Shown: positions 10,742 through 19,379, counted from the first letter of the stretch. The stretch is DNA of 52,943 nucleotides from Fidelibacterota bacterium (GCA_022567655.1 JADFGO010000002.1:1-52943); one strand, 5' to 3'. Made by a program: numbers and translations. Notes: generated by a model not told the origin, from the letters alone.

Positions 10742-10814
10742 CCCTCCGCTGGTATTATCCAGATCAGGTTGTAAGGGTATGTTCTCAGGCGGTATGGAGG
10801 AACCGCCACCCCTG
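10742..10814 (-). promoter_or_regulatory. TPP (THI-box) riboswitch
   Basis: The minus-strand RNA reads GGGGUGGCGGUUCCUCCAUACCGCCUGAGAACAUACCCUUACAACCUGAUCUGGAUAAUACCAGCGGAGGGAGG. This contains the conserved CUGAGA and ACCUGAUCUGGAUAAUACCAGCG blocks, colinear with E. coli thiM. The 3' end merges with the SD of the receptor gene. Confidence 0.95.
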
Positions 10815-10827
10815 TTGTTTCTCTGAT

Positions 10828-10856
10828 AACTTAAGTTTTTAAATGCAAAGAAGCAA
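10828..10856 (-). promoter_or_regulatory. Putative sigma70 promoter of the thiamine-uptake operon
   Basis: TTGCTT-17 nt-TAAGTT on the minus strand, about 14 nt upstream of the riboswitch 5' end. Confidence 0.5.
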
Positions 10857-10866
10857 TACTCTGTTT

Positions 10867-11092
10867 TGTGCGGTCGGGACTTGCCCTCTTTTCAAAGGAG
10901 GGGATACGAAACCTCCTCCCTCGAGGGAGGTGTCCCGAAGCTTCGGGACGGACCTGCCCGACTAATGTCAGGCGGGGGGTGTGATTCTGATGTTTTCTTC
11001 AAAAATATCGTCACCGAACGATTACACCCCTCGTCCCGGCAGCTGCCGGGACACTCCCCTCAAGGGGAGAGAATCTGAGGTGCAGTCGGGGG
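10867..11092. repeat. Composite hairpin-mosaic element, copy A (right end truncated)
   Basis: Colinear with 11559-11812. The 88-nt core 10949-11036 matches 11654-11741 at 87/88 positions. It starts with TGTGCGGTCGGGACTTGCCC. Confidence 0.9.
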
Positions 11093-11103
11093 TTAACGAT
11101 ATG

Positions 11104-11133
11104 ACAAAAACCTCTTAAAAACCGTTTTAAGAG
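11104..11133 (-). terminator. Rho-independent terminator of the merT-like gene
   Basis: The minus strand reads CTCTTAAAA-cggt-TTTTAAGAG followed by GTTTTTGT. The stem is a perfect 9 bp, 47 nt after the stop codon. Confidence 0.7.
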
Positions 11134-11179
11134 TTAACACGTGCTGCCTGTACTCAGATGAGTAGAGGGAAAAAGTTAA

Positions 11180-11533
11180 TCAGCGATTATAGACAAACGT
11201 AACGACTTCAGGGAGGAGCTTAAAAGCGATTATCAATCCGTAAGAACTCCAGAGCACTGCCTTGCGCCAGTTACGTCGTTCAACGGATCTGCCCTCATCG
11301 GAAATTTTGACGGAGGAAGAGGCAGTTCCGTTTTTTCCATATTCCATGTAGTAGGCTGCACCGAGCAGTAGGATTGTAGCGGTTACATTATAAATTCTGT
11401 TCTCGGCAAACCACGGACCGACGTTGAGTCCCCCGAGCCCGATCAGGTTCAAAGTAGCGGGACCTACGCAGCAGAGCGTGGACATGAATCCCGTGACTAT
11501 CGCCGCCGTCGATGCAAACAAACTCCAGATCAT
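11180..11533 (-). CDS. MerT-like small membrane protein (N-terminal CC motif)
   Basis: 117 aa. FMSTLCCVGPATLNLIGLGG..PW aligns with MerT ILASTCCLGPLVLVALGFSGAW, and length and TM layout match MerT (116 aa). The cytoplasmic-loop Cys pair of MerT is absent. Confidence 0.55.
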   Translation of the reverse strand: MIWSLFASTAAIVTGFMSTLCCVGPATLNLIGLGGLNVGPWFAENRIYNVTATILLLGAAYYMEYGKNGTASSSVKISDEGRSVERRNWRKAVLWSSYGLIIAFKLLPEVVTFVYNR

Positions 11534-11558
11534 TTCAAATTTTCCATCTTACACTTTC

Positions 11559-11812
11559 TGTGCGAGTCAGGGCTTGCCCGACTTTACAAAGGAGGGGAAA
11601 CGAAACCTCCTCCCTCGAGGGAGGTGTCCCGTCCCGAAGTTTCGGGATCGGGACGGACCTGCCCGACTAATGTCAGGCGGGGGGTGTGATTTTGATGTTT
11701 TCTTCAAAAATATCGTCACCGAACGATTACACCCCTCGTCCGGCTGAGCCGGACACTCCCCTCAAGGGGAGAGAATCTGAGGTGCGGGTCGGGACAAACC
11801 CTGACTGCCACA
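11559..11812. repeat. Composite hairpin-mosaic element, copy B (complete, with inverted terminal units)
   Basis: It is a direct repeat of copy A. The termini GTGCGAGTCAGGGCTTGCCCGAC (11560-11582) and GTCGGGACAAACCCTGACTGCCAC (11788-11811) are inverted repeats of each other. The element begins 25 nt upstream of the merT-like start codon. Confidence 0.9.
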
Positions 11813-11855
11813 TGAGGATCAACTTGTATTTTCCATTAATGAAGCTAACAAGCTA

Positions 11856-12767
11856 CTATACCAGACTGAATTGAGGCGGGTCAGTAGTTAAATTCGCGCG
11901 GGCGCCTATCGGCAGCGTTACTCTTGTATCTATGTGACCATATGCGAAATTCATGACAACAGGGAAATTATACCCTTTAAGCGCCGAATCGAGGATAGGT
12001 TTGAACTCTTCAAACTGGTCGGCATCATCGGGGAAACAATCTTTGAACTCTCCGAGAACCAAGCCGGATATTTTATCAAAAACACCCTGATACCTGAGAT
12101 GATGAAAGTGCCTGTCGAGCCTTCCCGGGTTCTCTCCTAAATCTTCCAACACTAATATCGCTCCTTCCAAGTTCGGCATATAAGGTGTGCCGAAATAGGG
12201 AAGTAATACTGTAAGCGTGCCTCCAATTATGTTTCCGGCTGCCTGCCCATTCTTGTAGACGAGCAGCGGCTGATTCTTAGGGTTTGATATTGATGGACGT
12301 TCCATCAGAGTTCTCCACAGCATCTCCTCGGAAAAATTATCGAAATTTCCACCCATATCGCTTGCTACCATCGGTCCGGAATATGTTACAACACCGGATT
12401 TTGCCAACAGTGCAGCTGATAGAGCGGAGATGTCGCTGTACCCGACAAGAATCTTGGGGTTGGAACTTATCAGGTCATAGTCTAAGTGATTGAGGAGTCT
12501 TTGTATTCCGTATCCGCCGCGCACGCAAAAGAGCGCGTTGATTTCCGGGTCTTTCCAGAAATTTATGAATGAACTCAATCGCTCTTCGTCGCTGCCGGCA
12601 AGATAGCCGTCTGCGTTTGAGAGATTATCCGCTATTTTAACCATAAAACCTCGGTCGGCGAGATAAGCCAATCCGTTTTCGACTTTGTCCGAATCGGCGG
12701 CTGAGCAGGGCGCGATTACCGCGATGCCGTCGCCTGCCTTCAATTTAGGGGGCAGCTGATATTTCAT
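11856..12767 (-). CDS. ldcA: LD-carboxypeptidase (peptidase S66, muramoyltetrapeptide carboxypeptidase)
   Basis: 303 aa with the catalytic Ser motif VGYSDISAL, a C-terminal YGHID His motif, and S66 family length. Confidence 0.85.
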   Translation of the reverse strand: MKYQLPPKLKAGDGIAVIAPCSAADSDKVENGLAYLADRGFMVKIADNLSNADGYLAGSDEERLSSFINFWKDPEINALFCVRGGYGIQRLLNHLDYDLISSNPKILVGYSDISALSAALLAKSGVVTYSGPMVASDMGGNFDNFSEEMLWRTLMERPSISNPKNQPLLVYKNGQAAGNIIGGTLTVLLPYFGTPYMPNLEGAILVLEDLGENPGRLDRHFHHLRYQGVFDKISGLVLGEFKDCFPDDADQFEEFKPILDSALKGYNFPVVMNFAYGHIDTRVTLPIGARANLTTDPPQFSLV

Positions 12768-12912
12768 TTTAATTTATTCATTCAGTTCCAAATCGAACGG
12801 ATAAACTAACCTTCGTGAAAAAAAATCTCAAGGGAATTCACCTTGCGGATTAGCGGGTGGTGGATTTACCTTTTGTGAGGTTTTTTTCAATTCATCATAG
12901 CGCGGAGAAGAG

Positions 12913-13557
12913 ATGATAAACATAGTTTGGCTTTTATTGATCGTTATCGGTGTAGGCGTGGCGATTGTGAACTCCATCGTCCACGGTGACCTCGAACCGC
13001 TCAGAGCGGTCACGAGCGGCGCCTTCAACATGTCGAAAACTTCTATCGAGATAGCCATAGGTCTGATAGGGTTGATGATGCTCTGGTTGGGTTTGATGAA
13101 GTTAGCCGAGGAGTCCGGATTGATAAACATCATCGCAAAACTCGTCAAGCCTCTGATGATACGGCTTTTCCCGGGCGTTCCGGCGGATCATCCGGCGATG
13201 GGCGCGATGATAATGAACATCTCGGCGAATATGCTGGGGTTAGGGAACGCTGCGACTCCGCTCGGACTGAAGGCGATGATGGAACTGCAAAAGCTGAACG
13301 AGAACGATGAGGTCGCCACGGACGCAATGGCTACTTTTTTAGCCTTGAACGCCTCGAGCGTGACCATCATACCTTCGACTGTAATAGGTATACGCGTTGC
13401 GACAGGTTCCGCCGATCCGGCACGGGTGATCGGGACGATACTATTTGCGACCATCTGCTCGACTATAGTGGCGCTGACACTCGCAAAACTTTTAGGAAAG
13501 ATGAAACGGTACAGAACAGCCGGCATGGAACCTAAACCGGAACAACAACAGACATAG
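12913..13557 (+). CDS. Nucleoside-recognition (Gate) domain membrane protein, SpmA-like
   Basis: 214-aa membrane protein paired with a SpmB-like gene 10 nt downstream, the typical spmA/spmB arrangement. Confidence 0.75.
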   Translation: MINIVWLLLIVIGVGVAIVNSIVHGDLEPLRAVTSGAFNMSKTSIEIAIGLIGLMMLWLGLMKLAEESGLINIIAKLVKPLMIRLFPGVPADHPAMGAMIMNISANMLGLGNAATPLGLKAMMELQKLNENDEVATDAMATFLALNASSVTIIPSTVIGIRVATGSADPARVIGTILFATICSTIVALTLAKLLGKMKRYRTAGMEPKPEQQQT

Positions 13558-13566
13558 GAGGCGGGT

Positions 13567-14103
13567 ATGTTTCAGTCAATCATAGAAGGAATCTCGGCGA
13601 TCGCGATACCGCTCGTACTTATCACTATCCCCTCATACGCCTATTTCAAAAAAGTGAAGGTCTATGAAGTGTTCGTAGAGGGCGCGAAGGAAGGATTCAA
13701 CGTCGCCGTTAGGATAATGCCGTTTCTCGTGGCAATTTTGGTGTCCGTAGGTATTTTCAGGGCATCGGGCGCTTTGAATTATATAACGGTTCTGCTCGCT
13801 CCGATAACTAATTTTATCGGTATGCCGTCCGAGACGATACCGATGGCGTTCATGATGCCTTTGTCCGGCAGCGGAGCGATAGGAGTTATGACCGACTTGC
13901 TGAATACGTACGGTCCCGACTCGTTCATAGGTCTGTTAACGTCAAGCATGATGGGTTCGACTGAAACGACGTTCTACATCCTCGCGGTGTATTTCGGGTC
14001 AGTAGGAATTAAAAACGGAAGGCATACGCTGCCAGCGGCGCTTGCAGGAAACATAGCCGGAATATTGGGGGCGGTACTGATAAGCAATTTAGTGTTTGGT
14101 TAA
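13567..14103 (+). CDS. SpmB-like membrane protein
   Basis: 178-aa multi-pass membrane protein immediately downstream of the SpmA-like gene. Confidence 0.75.
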   Translation: MFQSIIEGISAIAIPLVLITIPSYAYFKKVKVYEVFVEGAKEGFNVAVRIMPFLVAILVSVGIFRASGALNYITVLLAPITNFIGMPSETIPMAFMMPLSGSGAIGVMTDLLNTYGPDSFIGLLTSSMMGSTETTFYILAVYFGSVGIKNGRHTLPAALAGNIAGILGAVLISNLVFG

Positions 14104-14139
14104 CTGAATAAGACTGTTTAAGAACTGAAGGGAAAAATT

Positions 14140-14679
14140 CTGGTTGATCTGAATCGAACGGGAATTTCTGAATTCAATTTCTGCCCGCAGTGCGGAAGTG
14201 ATAAGATAGAGCTTCAACACGTAGATGAACGGGAAAGGGCGGTCTGTTCAAGCTGCGGCAAAGTACTCTACCAAAACCCGATTCCCTCCGTTGTAGGGAT
14301 CTCTATAATAGATGGAAAGATCCTCCTTGTAAAACGCGGAGTGGAGCCGGATATCGGTTCATGGTGCTTGCCGGGCGGATTTATGGAACTCGGCGAAACG
14401 TCGGTTGAAGCGGTTATCAGAGAGCTCAAAGAGGAAACGGGAATCGGTGTGATCCCCCGGGAAGTTCTAATGGTGGATACGACGATCGGTGGTTTTTACG
14501 GCGACGTTGTGGTAATAGCTTACGAGATAACGTTAGAAAGCAGTGAGTTCACTCCCGGTGACGACGCATTAGAAGTAAAGTATTTTAATTATGACGAGCT
14601 GCCGCGTTTAACGTTTCAAAGTCACAAGCTGATAATCGACCATGCGTTTGAAGGATTGGAATCCCACTCAGATAAATAA
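14140..14679 (+). CDS. Nudix hydrolase with N-terminal zinc ribbon; non-canonical start (CTG 14140 or ATT 14137)
   Basis: It has the Nudix box GGFMELGETSVEAVIRELKEETG. The in-frame upstream sequence encodes CPQCGSDK..CSSCGK and the first Nudix strands (IPSVVGISIIDGKILLVKRG). The in-frame stop is at 14119-14121, and there is no ATG/GTG/TTG before the internal GTG at 14341. AAGGGA lies 6 nt upstream of the CTG at 14140. Confidence 0.7.
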   Translation: MVDLNRTGISEFNFCPQCGSDKIELQHVDERERAVCSSCGKVLYQNPIPSVVGISIIDGKILLVKRGVEPDIGSWCLPGGFMELGETSVEAVIRELKEETGIGVIPREVLMVDTTIGGFYGDVVVIAYEITLESSEFTPGDDALEVKYFNYDELPRLTFQSHKLIIDHAFEGLESHSDK

Positions 14680-14702
14680 TAACAATAAAAGGGGAATAGA
14701 TA

Positions 14703-15092
14703 ATGGACTACGACATGACAAAAGTAGTTGATGGGAGCTATGAGGATACGATAGAGAAAGTCACGGAAGAACTCAAGAAAGTAGGATTTGGGATTCTTAC
14801 AACCATAGACGTGAAAGAGACGCTGAAAAAGAAGATTGGTGCCGATTTCAGAAAATACATTATTTTGGGAGCGTGCAACCCGAATCTCGCCCATCGGGCG
14901 TTACAATCCGAGATTGAAGTAGGTCTTCTCCTTCCCTGCAATGTGATAGTTTACGAGGAAGAGGAGGGTAGAACTACGGTTTCGATTTTAAACCCCGAGA
15001 TAATATCGGAGGTTGCTAAGGATTCTGCCGCTCTGAAGGAGGTTTCTTCCGAGGCTAAGAGCCTGTTGACCAAGGTGCTGAATAACGTCTGA
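14703..15092 (+). CDS. DUF302 domain protein
   Basis: 129 aa with a DUF302-like pattern (GFGILTTIDVKETLKKK..ILGACNP). Confidence 0.7.
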   Translation: MDYDMTKVVDGSYEDTIEKVTEELKKVGFGILTTIDVKETLKKKIGADFRKYIILGACNPNLAHRALQSEIEVGLLLPCNVIVYEEEEGRTTVSILNPEIISEVAKDSAALKEVSSEAKSLLTKVLNNV

Positions 15093-15098
15093 CGAACC

Positions 15099-16934
15099 TT
15101 AATGAAGGACGGCGAATTTCCTGCTGAAGGTTTTGCCCTTTACGATTAGCACGGCGAAGTAGATACCCGAGGCAGCAAACCCACCCTTATCATTCTTGTG
15201 ATTCCATGGGAAAAGATAGGAGTTCGGAAATATAAAACCCCGGTCGACCGTCGCCACTCTCTCGCCCAAGATGTTGTAGATTATCAGAGAATAATCAACC
15301 CCACCGTTGTATTCTTCATCGTCAGGGATATTAACCGGTATATTAGACATGCCGGTATGAGATGGATTGGGGAATATATTGCCTATCGTAAGAGCTTCGA
15401 GTGAAGTTGTGTCGCATTCGACCTGCCCTGTATAGTTTATCGCCGCCATAACGTCTACTATCCCCCATCCGCTGTCGTTGTTAGGAAAGCACGAATTGCT
15501 TGCGCTGTTTTTCATCGCTTCCCGCAGCTCGAGAGCAGTCCAATCCGGGTGCGCTTCGAGCACGAGCGCCGCCGCACCCGCAACGAGCGGTGTCGAGAAG
15601 GAAGTGCCAGATGAAAGACCGAAAGCAGAATCGGTCGCTCCGCTCGCGCTTGCGGCAAACTCACCCCTTGCCATGAGGTCGGGTTTTATTCTGCCGTCGG
15701 CGGTGGGACCTCTTGAGCTGAAAGTAGCAACTGATCCGGAAGAGTTCACAGCTCCCACAGAGATCACATAATTGCCGTCTGCGGGAGCCCAGAGGGAAGT
15801 GGGGTTTGAACCTTCATTACCCATGGCGTTCACTACGGTGATTCCTTTCATTACAGCGAAGTCTGCCGCGATGGTGATAAGCGCTGTGTTGCCGTCAAGA
15901 TCATCGACCGAGTAATCATCCATGTCTTCCACGAAATCAAGATATACAAGAGAAGAGCTTATGATGTCTGCACCCAGTTCTTCAACCCATTCAGCCGCGG
16001 CTATCCAATTATCCTCTTCTGATTTCAGGTCGGGAAAAACCCTGCCGTCTTCCGTTTTTGCGAGAATGAAACTCGCGCCGTATGCGGCGCCTATCAGAGC
16101 TCCTTCCTGAAATCCACCGACTACCGACCAGGTACTCGTGCCATGTCCATGAATGTCTTCGCCTGCCTCGTCTTGAACGTTATCGTCGTTAAATACAAAA
16201 TCCTTCTGGGCGATGAGTCTGTTCTGGTCGATAATGTGCTTAAATGCATTGTGGGTTACTCTGACCCCGCCATCAAACATGGCGATGATTACACCTTTCC
16301 CCGAATATCCGGATTCGTGTGCGGCGACGACGTTTATCTGCGTAAGCTGCGCCAGGGAGGGTCCGTAATCAAACTGAGCCGAACCTGAACTCTTTTTCAA
16401 CAGATTCTCAAACGCACCGTCCGGCGGCGGTGGTGAAACCTTAAATTTTTTGACCCGTTCTATTCGGGCGACAAACGGTAGTCGGGCAATTTTATCTAAG
16501 TCACTCAGTTCGATGTCGGCGCTCACGGCGTTGAACCATCGGCTGACTTGCCTGATGTCAACCGTGAGATCCTTTACAGCATCTATATACGACTGTTCGA
16601 CCGGCAGGTCGCTGAAGTCGATGGGATTTCCGGATTTATAGCGGTTTACGAGACTTCGCTTGCTTCGTGATTTGGTATATTCACTGATTTTTTCATTCAG
16701 CGTGTTAATATCTTCGATTTTTTTATCACTGAAAAACAGCCAGACCGGTATGATCCGGTTGGATTCCTGAGGGATTTTATAGAGTCCTGTGAGCAAAGGA
16801 GATTCGGTCACAGGTCTGTTCAGATCCGTTTGTATGTACGGAAACGTAGGGTTGCCGCTCCCATTAGATGAGCCGGCAGAGCCGATTAAGAGTAAGCAGA
16901 TCAGTAGAATTGCTCTGATCAAAAAATGGAGCAC
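15099..16934 (-). CDS. Secreted subtilisin-like serine protease (S8) with T9SS C-terminal sorting domain
   Basis: It has a signal peptide and the catalytic triad motifs MFDGG (Asp), HGHGTST (His) and GTSFSTPLVAG (Ser). The C-terminal ~80 aa (IFPNPS..YNILGERV..GIYF) resemble a type A T9SS CTD. The GTG start overlaps the tnaA stop by 1 nt. Confidence 0.88.
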   Translation of the reverse strand: MLHFLIRAILLICLLLIGSAGSSNGSGNPTFPYIQTDLNRPVTESPLLTGLYKIPQESNRIIPVWLFFSDKKIEDINTLNEKISEYTKSRSKRSLVNRYKSGNPIDFSDLPVEQSYIDAVKDLTVDIRQVSRWFNAVSADIELSDLDKIARLPFVARIERVKKFKVSPPPPDGAFENLLKKSSGSAQFDYGPSLAQLTQINVVAAHESGYSGKGVIIAMFDGGVRVTHNAFKHIIDQNRLIAQKDFVFNDDNVQDEAGEDIHGHGTSTWSVVGGFQEGALIGAAYGASFILAKTEDGRVFPDLKSEEDNWIAAAEWVEELGADIISSSLVYLDFVEDMDDYSVDDLDGNTALITIAADFAVMKGITVVNAMGNEGSNPTSLWAPADGNYVISVGAVNSSGSVATFSSRGPTADGRIKPDLMARGEFAASASGATDSAFGLSSGTSFSTPLVAGAAALVLEAHPDWTALELREAMKNSASNSCFPNNDSGWGIVDVMAAINYTGQVECDTTSLEALTIGNIFPNPSHTGMSNIPVNIPDDEEYNGGVDYSLIIYNILGERVATVDRGFIFPNSYLFPWNHKNDKGGFAASGIYFAVLIVKGKTFSRKFAVLH

Positions 16935-18310
16935 TAAGATACTTGCTCGAGCCGTACGGTGAAATGACGCAAAACGGGAGCTTCGTAAGTGATTTTCAAT
17001 CCCTTGATCTTTTCGCGGTTCTTGTAAAGATTTATCAACGCCTCAGCGACATAGTTCATCTGCATATTCGTATAGACCCTTCTTGGAATCGCAAGCCTGA
17101 CGAGCTCGAGGTCGGGATATACGGTTTCTCCCGTTTCCGGATCTTTATGAGCAAACATCAGACTGCCGATCTCAACCGCTCTTACACCTGCTTCAATATA
17201 AAGAGCCGCAGTGAGCGCCTGGGCGGGAAATTGGTCGCGGGGAATATTCGGCAGGAAACCGAGAGCGTCTATATAGATCGCATGACCTCCGGGAGGAAGG
17301 ACTATCGGAATTCCGTTTTCGGTGAGCATCTCGCCGAGGTTTCCGACCTGGTTTATCCGAAACGAGAGATACTCTTCGTCCGTTACCTCACCGAGACCGA
17401 CTGCGATTGCTTCGAGGTCTCTTCCCGCCAATCCGCCGTAGGTAGGGAACCCTTCCACGAGTATGAGCAGGTTAGTGATCTTTTCCGCTATTTCGTCAGA
17501 GTTGAGAGCAACGAAGCCGCCTATGTTGACAAGTCCGTCCTTTTTTGCGCTCATCGTACAGCCGTCGGCGTAAGAGAACATCTCTTTTGCTATATCCCTA
17601 ATCAAATGATCCGAATAACCTTCTTCCCGCTGCTTTATGAAATAAGCGTTCTCGGCAAAACGGCAGGCATCAAGAATAAATGAAATTCCATTTGCGTGCA
17701 GCAGTTCGCTTGTTCCTTTGATGTTCTGCATGCTGACCGGCTGGCCGCCGCCCGTATTATTGGTTACGGTCAGCATTCCCAGCGGTATATTTTCTTTGCC
17801 GTGTTCGAGAATGGTCTTCTCCAATTTTTCCAGGTCGATATTTCCTTTGAACGGATGTAGATTGGAGGGGTCCTTAGCCTCATCGATAACTAAATCCAGC
17901 GCAATTCCATTGTTTTGTTCGACGTTCGCTCTCGTGGTGTCGAAATGACTGTTATTAGGTATGAAGTCTCCCTCTTTTACGACTGAAGAAAAGAGTAAAT
18001 TTTCCGCCATTCGACCCTGATGTGTGGGAATTATATGCGAGTATCCCGTCAGGTCTCGAATCACCTTTTCGAAGTGAAAATAGTTCTTGCTGCCGGCGTA
18101 AGATTCATCTCCTATCATCATCGCGGCCCATTGTTTGTCCGACATGGCGCTCGTGCCGCTGTCGGTCAACAAATCGATATAGACGCTTTCGGCTGGCAGG
18201 TTGAAGACGTTAAATCCTGCTTCATGAAGAAGCTCTTTCCGTTCGGAGTTTGTCGTCCTTTTGAGAAGCTCTACTACCTTTATTCTGAAAGGTTCGGAAG
18301 GATATTTCAT
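16934..18310 (-). CDS. tnaA: Tryptophanase-family beta-eliminating lyase (TnaA / tyrosine phenol-lyase family)
   Basis: 458 aa, colinear with TnaA/TPL (EPFRIK, DLLTDSGT, PLP-lysine SAKKDGLVNIGG, FAENAYFIKQRE, EGFPTYGGL, LRHFT). Substrate specificity between Trp and Tyr cannot be decided by eye. Confidence 0.85.
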   Translation of the reverse strand: MKYPSEPFRIKVVELLKRTTNSERKELLHEAGFNVFNLPAESVYIDLLTDSGTSAMSDKQWAAMMIGDESYAGSKNYFHFEKVIRDLTGYSHIIPTHQGRMAENLLFSSVVKEGDFIPNNSHFDTTRANVEQNNGIALDLVIDEAKDPSNLHPFKGNIDLEKLEKTILEHGKENIPLGMLTVTNNTGGGQPVSMQNIKGTSELLHANGISFILDACRFAENAYFIKQREEGYSDHLIRDIAKEMFSYADGCTMSAKKDGLVNIGGFVALNSDEIAEKITNLLILVEGFPTYGGLAGRDLEAIAVGLGEVTDEEYLSFRINQVGNLGEMLTENGIPIVLPPGGHAIYIDALGFLPNIPRDQFPAQALTAALYIEAGVRAVEIGSLMFAHKDPETGETVYPDLELVRLAIPRRVYTNMQMNYVAEALINLYKNREKIKGLKITYEAPVLRHFTVRLEQVS

Positions 18311-18412
18311 TAGTGTTGTCTCCTATGGGAACTCAAATTTCTTTTTAACTTATTTCCTCCACAGGAGAAAGTCCATAGCGGGAACGAAGTAGATCAGGAT
18401 CGCACCAGAAGC

Positions 18413-19379
<967 letters not shown>

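Noticed and set aside
10735-10809. The N-terminal 25 aa of the ORF-track TonB receptor (MAVPPYRLRTYPYNLIWIIPAEGGK), and similarly the first 21 aa of ORF 29526..29843.
   Set aside because: The first stretch is the TPP riboswitch read as protein. The second starts inside the stem of the upstream terminator. In both cases an internal ATG, followed by a signal peptide or a conserved N-terminus, is the real start.
10866-11747. ORF-track ORFs 10866..11078 (+) and 11424..11747 (+), which share the peptide GPARLMSGGGCD.DVFFKNIVTERLHPSS and might look like a duplicated small protein.
   Set aside because: They are translations of the two copies of the palindromic composite repeat. They have no SD and no plausible start context. 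The second overlaps the merT-like gene on the opposite strand. Palindromic DNA gives open frames on both strands.
10867-11812. Integron-type gene cassette (merT-like gene between attC-like palindromes), a retron, or a DGR.
   Set aside because: There are no R'/R'' core sites (GTTRRRY), no intI, and no reverse transcriptase in the window. The flanking elements are 230-250 bp mosaics shared with non-cassette loci.
18350-18376. 8-codon mini-ORF MDFLLWRK (minus strand) containing a Trp codon 40 nt upstream of the tryptophanase-family gene, reminiscent of the TnaC leader peptide.
   Set aside because: There is no Shine-Dalgarno sequence in front of it, it is extremely short, it has no similarity to TnaC, and no Rho-site or terminator logic is visible. 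It could easily be chance. It is worth a look only if ribosome profiling data exist.
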